The notes under the pieces were generated by a model. That model saw nothing but the letters and a program-made list of their open reading frames with translations, was not told where the DNA came from and did no database searches. Position numbers and translations under genes: made by a program. This document shows positions 62,295-64,000 of a stretch of 64,000 nt of DNA, in pieces. Origin of the DNA: Nitrospirota bacterium (GTDB taxonomy: Bacteria; Nitrospirota; UBA9217); NCBI GenBank assembly GCA_963818475.1, contig CAWFSF010000006.1, positions 1,152,001-1,216,000 on the forward strand. The letters run 5' to 3'. Each line of letters starts with the position of its first letter. The stretch's first letter is position 1.

Positions 62295-63173
62295 TCAAGA
62301 AAAGACAAGTTCGGGCCTGATATCCCCTCTGATCAGCCTTCCCAGTGCCAGGAGTCTGCCTGAGGGGTCATGTATCCGTAGCAGGGAAGCAACACGCTGG
62401 GGCTCTTCCTGCCAGGGAACGCTGTTTCCATGCAGGATCCTGCCGGCATCAGGTTCATTCACTGCTACAGAGGGAATATCAGCAAGCGCTTCATCCATAG
62501 AAACCAGGGCTTGGTCGAGGGTGCCGGCAGCAGCGTGATCTGCAAGACGGCCCAGGGTAACTGCGTGGCCGATGGTAAATCGCCCGGAGCGGGTCCGTAC
62601 CAGTTTTGTGAGATGCGCCCCGGCCTGAAGGACCTCGCCCAGATCCGCACAGAGGCTCCTGATGTACACACCCTTGGAGCAGCGCACGGCAAGGCTCAGT
62701 GAAGGATCTTCAAAGGCCTGCAATTCGATGCTGGAGATAGTGACCGCCCGTGGTTTCAACGGTTCGGCCTTCCCCTGCCGGGCCAGTTTGTAGGACGGCA
62801 CACCCGAGACCTTTAAGGCAGAGTAGGCCGGCGGCTGCTGCATGATCGCACCGGTAAAACCCTCCAGCGCTTTCAGCACCTGTGCCCGGTCGGGCGGAAC
62901 ATAGGCCCGTGTCTCAAGAATACGGCCTTCGGCATCGAGCGTATCCGTGGTTTGGCCCAGACGCATGACCGCTTGATACTCTTTTTCCCCTGCTTCGAGA
63001 TACTGGGCGATGCGTGTTGCCTTGCCAACGCAGAGCACCAGCACACCGGTAGCCATGGGATCCAGGGTGCCCGTATGGCCGATCCGTTTCTCCTTAAGAA
63101 TCCTTCGCACAGCCTGAACAACGTCGTGTGACGTCATTCCTGACTGCTTATGAATGTTAAGAATGCCGTCCAT
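62295..63173 (-). CDS. truB: tRNA pseudouridine-55 synthase
   Basis: GMTSHDVV, GHTGTLDPMATGVL, PPAYSALK, CSKGVYIRSL. Confidence 0.97.
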   Translation of the reverse strand: MDGILNIHKQSGMTSHDVVQAVRRILKEKRIGHTGTLDPMATGVLVLCVGKATRIAQYLEAGEKEYQAVMRLGQTTDTLDAEGRILETRAYVPPDRAQVLKALEGFTGAIMQQPPAYSALKVSGVPSYKLARQGKAEPLKPRAVTISSIELQAFEDPSLSLAVRCSKGVYIRSLCADLGEVLQAGAHLTKLVRTRSGRFTIGHAVTLGRLADHAAAGTLDQALVSMDEALADIPSVAVNEPDAGRILHGNSVPWQEEPQRVASLLRIHDPSGRLLALGRLIRGDIRPELVFS

Positions 63174-63178
63174 GGGAT

Positions 63179-64000
63179 TCAGCTTCCCATCTGCGACAGA
63201 ATGACCTTCGCTACTTCACTGAGAACCTTGCGTTGAACATCCTCGAGCGTGCCATCCAGGGTGCTTCCAGCGGCATTCTTATGGCCTCCGCCTCCAAGTG
63301 CCTGTGCCAGGCCGGAAAGATCAACACGCCCCTTTGAGCGAAGACTGATCTTGTATTGCTTTTGGGCAGTCTGTCGAAACAGGATAGCCACTTCGACACC
63401 ATTCACCGACCTGACGTAATTAACAAAATTGTCAGTATCTTCTGCGGTTGTGCCGGTCTTTTGGAAAAGCTCATCGGTCACCACGACCCAGGCAATTTTG
63501 CCGTCAAGGGAACGCTGCATATCGCTCAACACGCTACCGAGCAATTTCAACCGTTTAAAGGAATACGATTCGTACACATTCTCGGTGACCAGCCAGGGGT
63601 CGGCTCCGGCTTCGAGCAGCGTAGCCGAGATCCTCATGCATTCAGGTGACGTATTTGAATAGCGGAAGGACCCCGTATCGGTAAAAATGGAGGTATACAG
63701 GCAGAGCGCCATATCCCGGTCGATGGGCAGGCCCGCCTGCATAACGAGCTTGAATATCATCTCTCCGGTGGCAGAGGCCGAAGCGTCCAGCCAGGTGAGG
63801 GGCCATACCAAAGGGTTCGTGATATGATGGTCGATATTGATGAGAGTGGCAGCGGGATAGTCGCCGGAGAACAAACCGGTGCGCGGAGGATCTGAATCAA
63901 GCACGATCATCGCATCGAATCGTCCTGCGACAGCCGATCCGGAGGTGATCCGGTCCTGGTGCGGAAGAAAACGGTAGATCTCGGGGACCGGATCAAGGTT
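63179..64000 (-). CDS. nrnA: DHH/DHHA1 oligoribonuclease-PAP phosphatase (5' end outside window)
   Basis: NIDHH, TDTGSF, SLRS, GGGGHKNAAG; lies upstream of truB. Confidence 0.9.
   Translation of the reverse strand, partial: NLDPVPEIYRFLPHQDRITSGSAVAGRFDAMIVLDSDPPRTGLFSGDYPAATLINIDHHITNPLVWPLTWLDASASATGEMIFKLVMQAGLPIDRDMALCLYTSIFTDTGSFRYSNTSPECMRISATLLEAGADPWLVTENVYESYSFKRLKLLGSVLSDMQRSLDGKIAWVVVTDELFQKTGTTAEDTDNFVNYVRSVNGVEVAILFRQTAQKQYKISLRSKGRVDLSGLAQALGGGGHKNAAGSTLDGTLEDVQRKVLSEVAKVILSQMGS

Overview
Chromosomal, GC-rich (by eye) segment of a diderm, LPS-producing bacterium. Gene content (mqnA, lpxI, gnnAB, ClpC, bioW) suggests Nitrospirota or a deltaproteobacterial-type lineage; this is inference. 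Nearly all genes lie on the minus strand. From the right end: nrnA-truB-rpsO-pnp, an FAD oxidoreductase, clpC (only plus-strand gene), argA-like GNAT, hemW, a bamA-skp-lpxD-fabZ-lpxA-lpxI-gnnA-gnnB-lpxB-msbA-waaA-lpxK-gmhB-waaF lipid A/core cluster, a glycan locus (glycosyltransferases, rmlA, FkbM, VioA/B-like, gmd-fcl-manC-manB, cysC-cysQ, MBOAT plus two SGNH-like proteins), a biotin operon (bioB-bioW-bioF-fabG-bioD) with a BirA-type operator, a TetR-TolC-RND unit, mqnA and a His-rich CDF transporter. About 16 genes, including essential ones, carry frameshifts that are most likely long-read indel errors. Two features stand out. (1) An integrase-less integron cassette array (CALIN; attC-like sites, GmrSD-like and PD-(D/E)XK nuclease cargo, its own promoter) is inserted between fabG and bioD. 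(2) Several families of small fold-back elements built from 7-, 8- and ~10-bp tandem repeats occupy intergenic gaps and have been absorbed into coding sequences.
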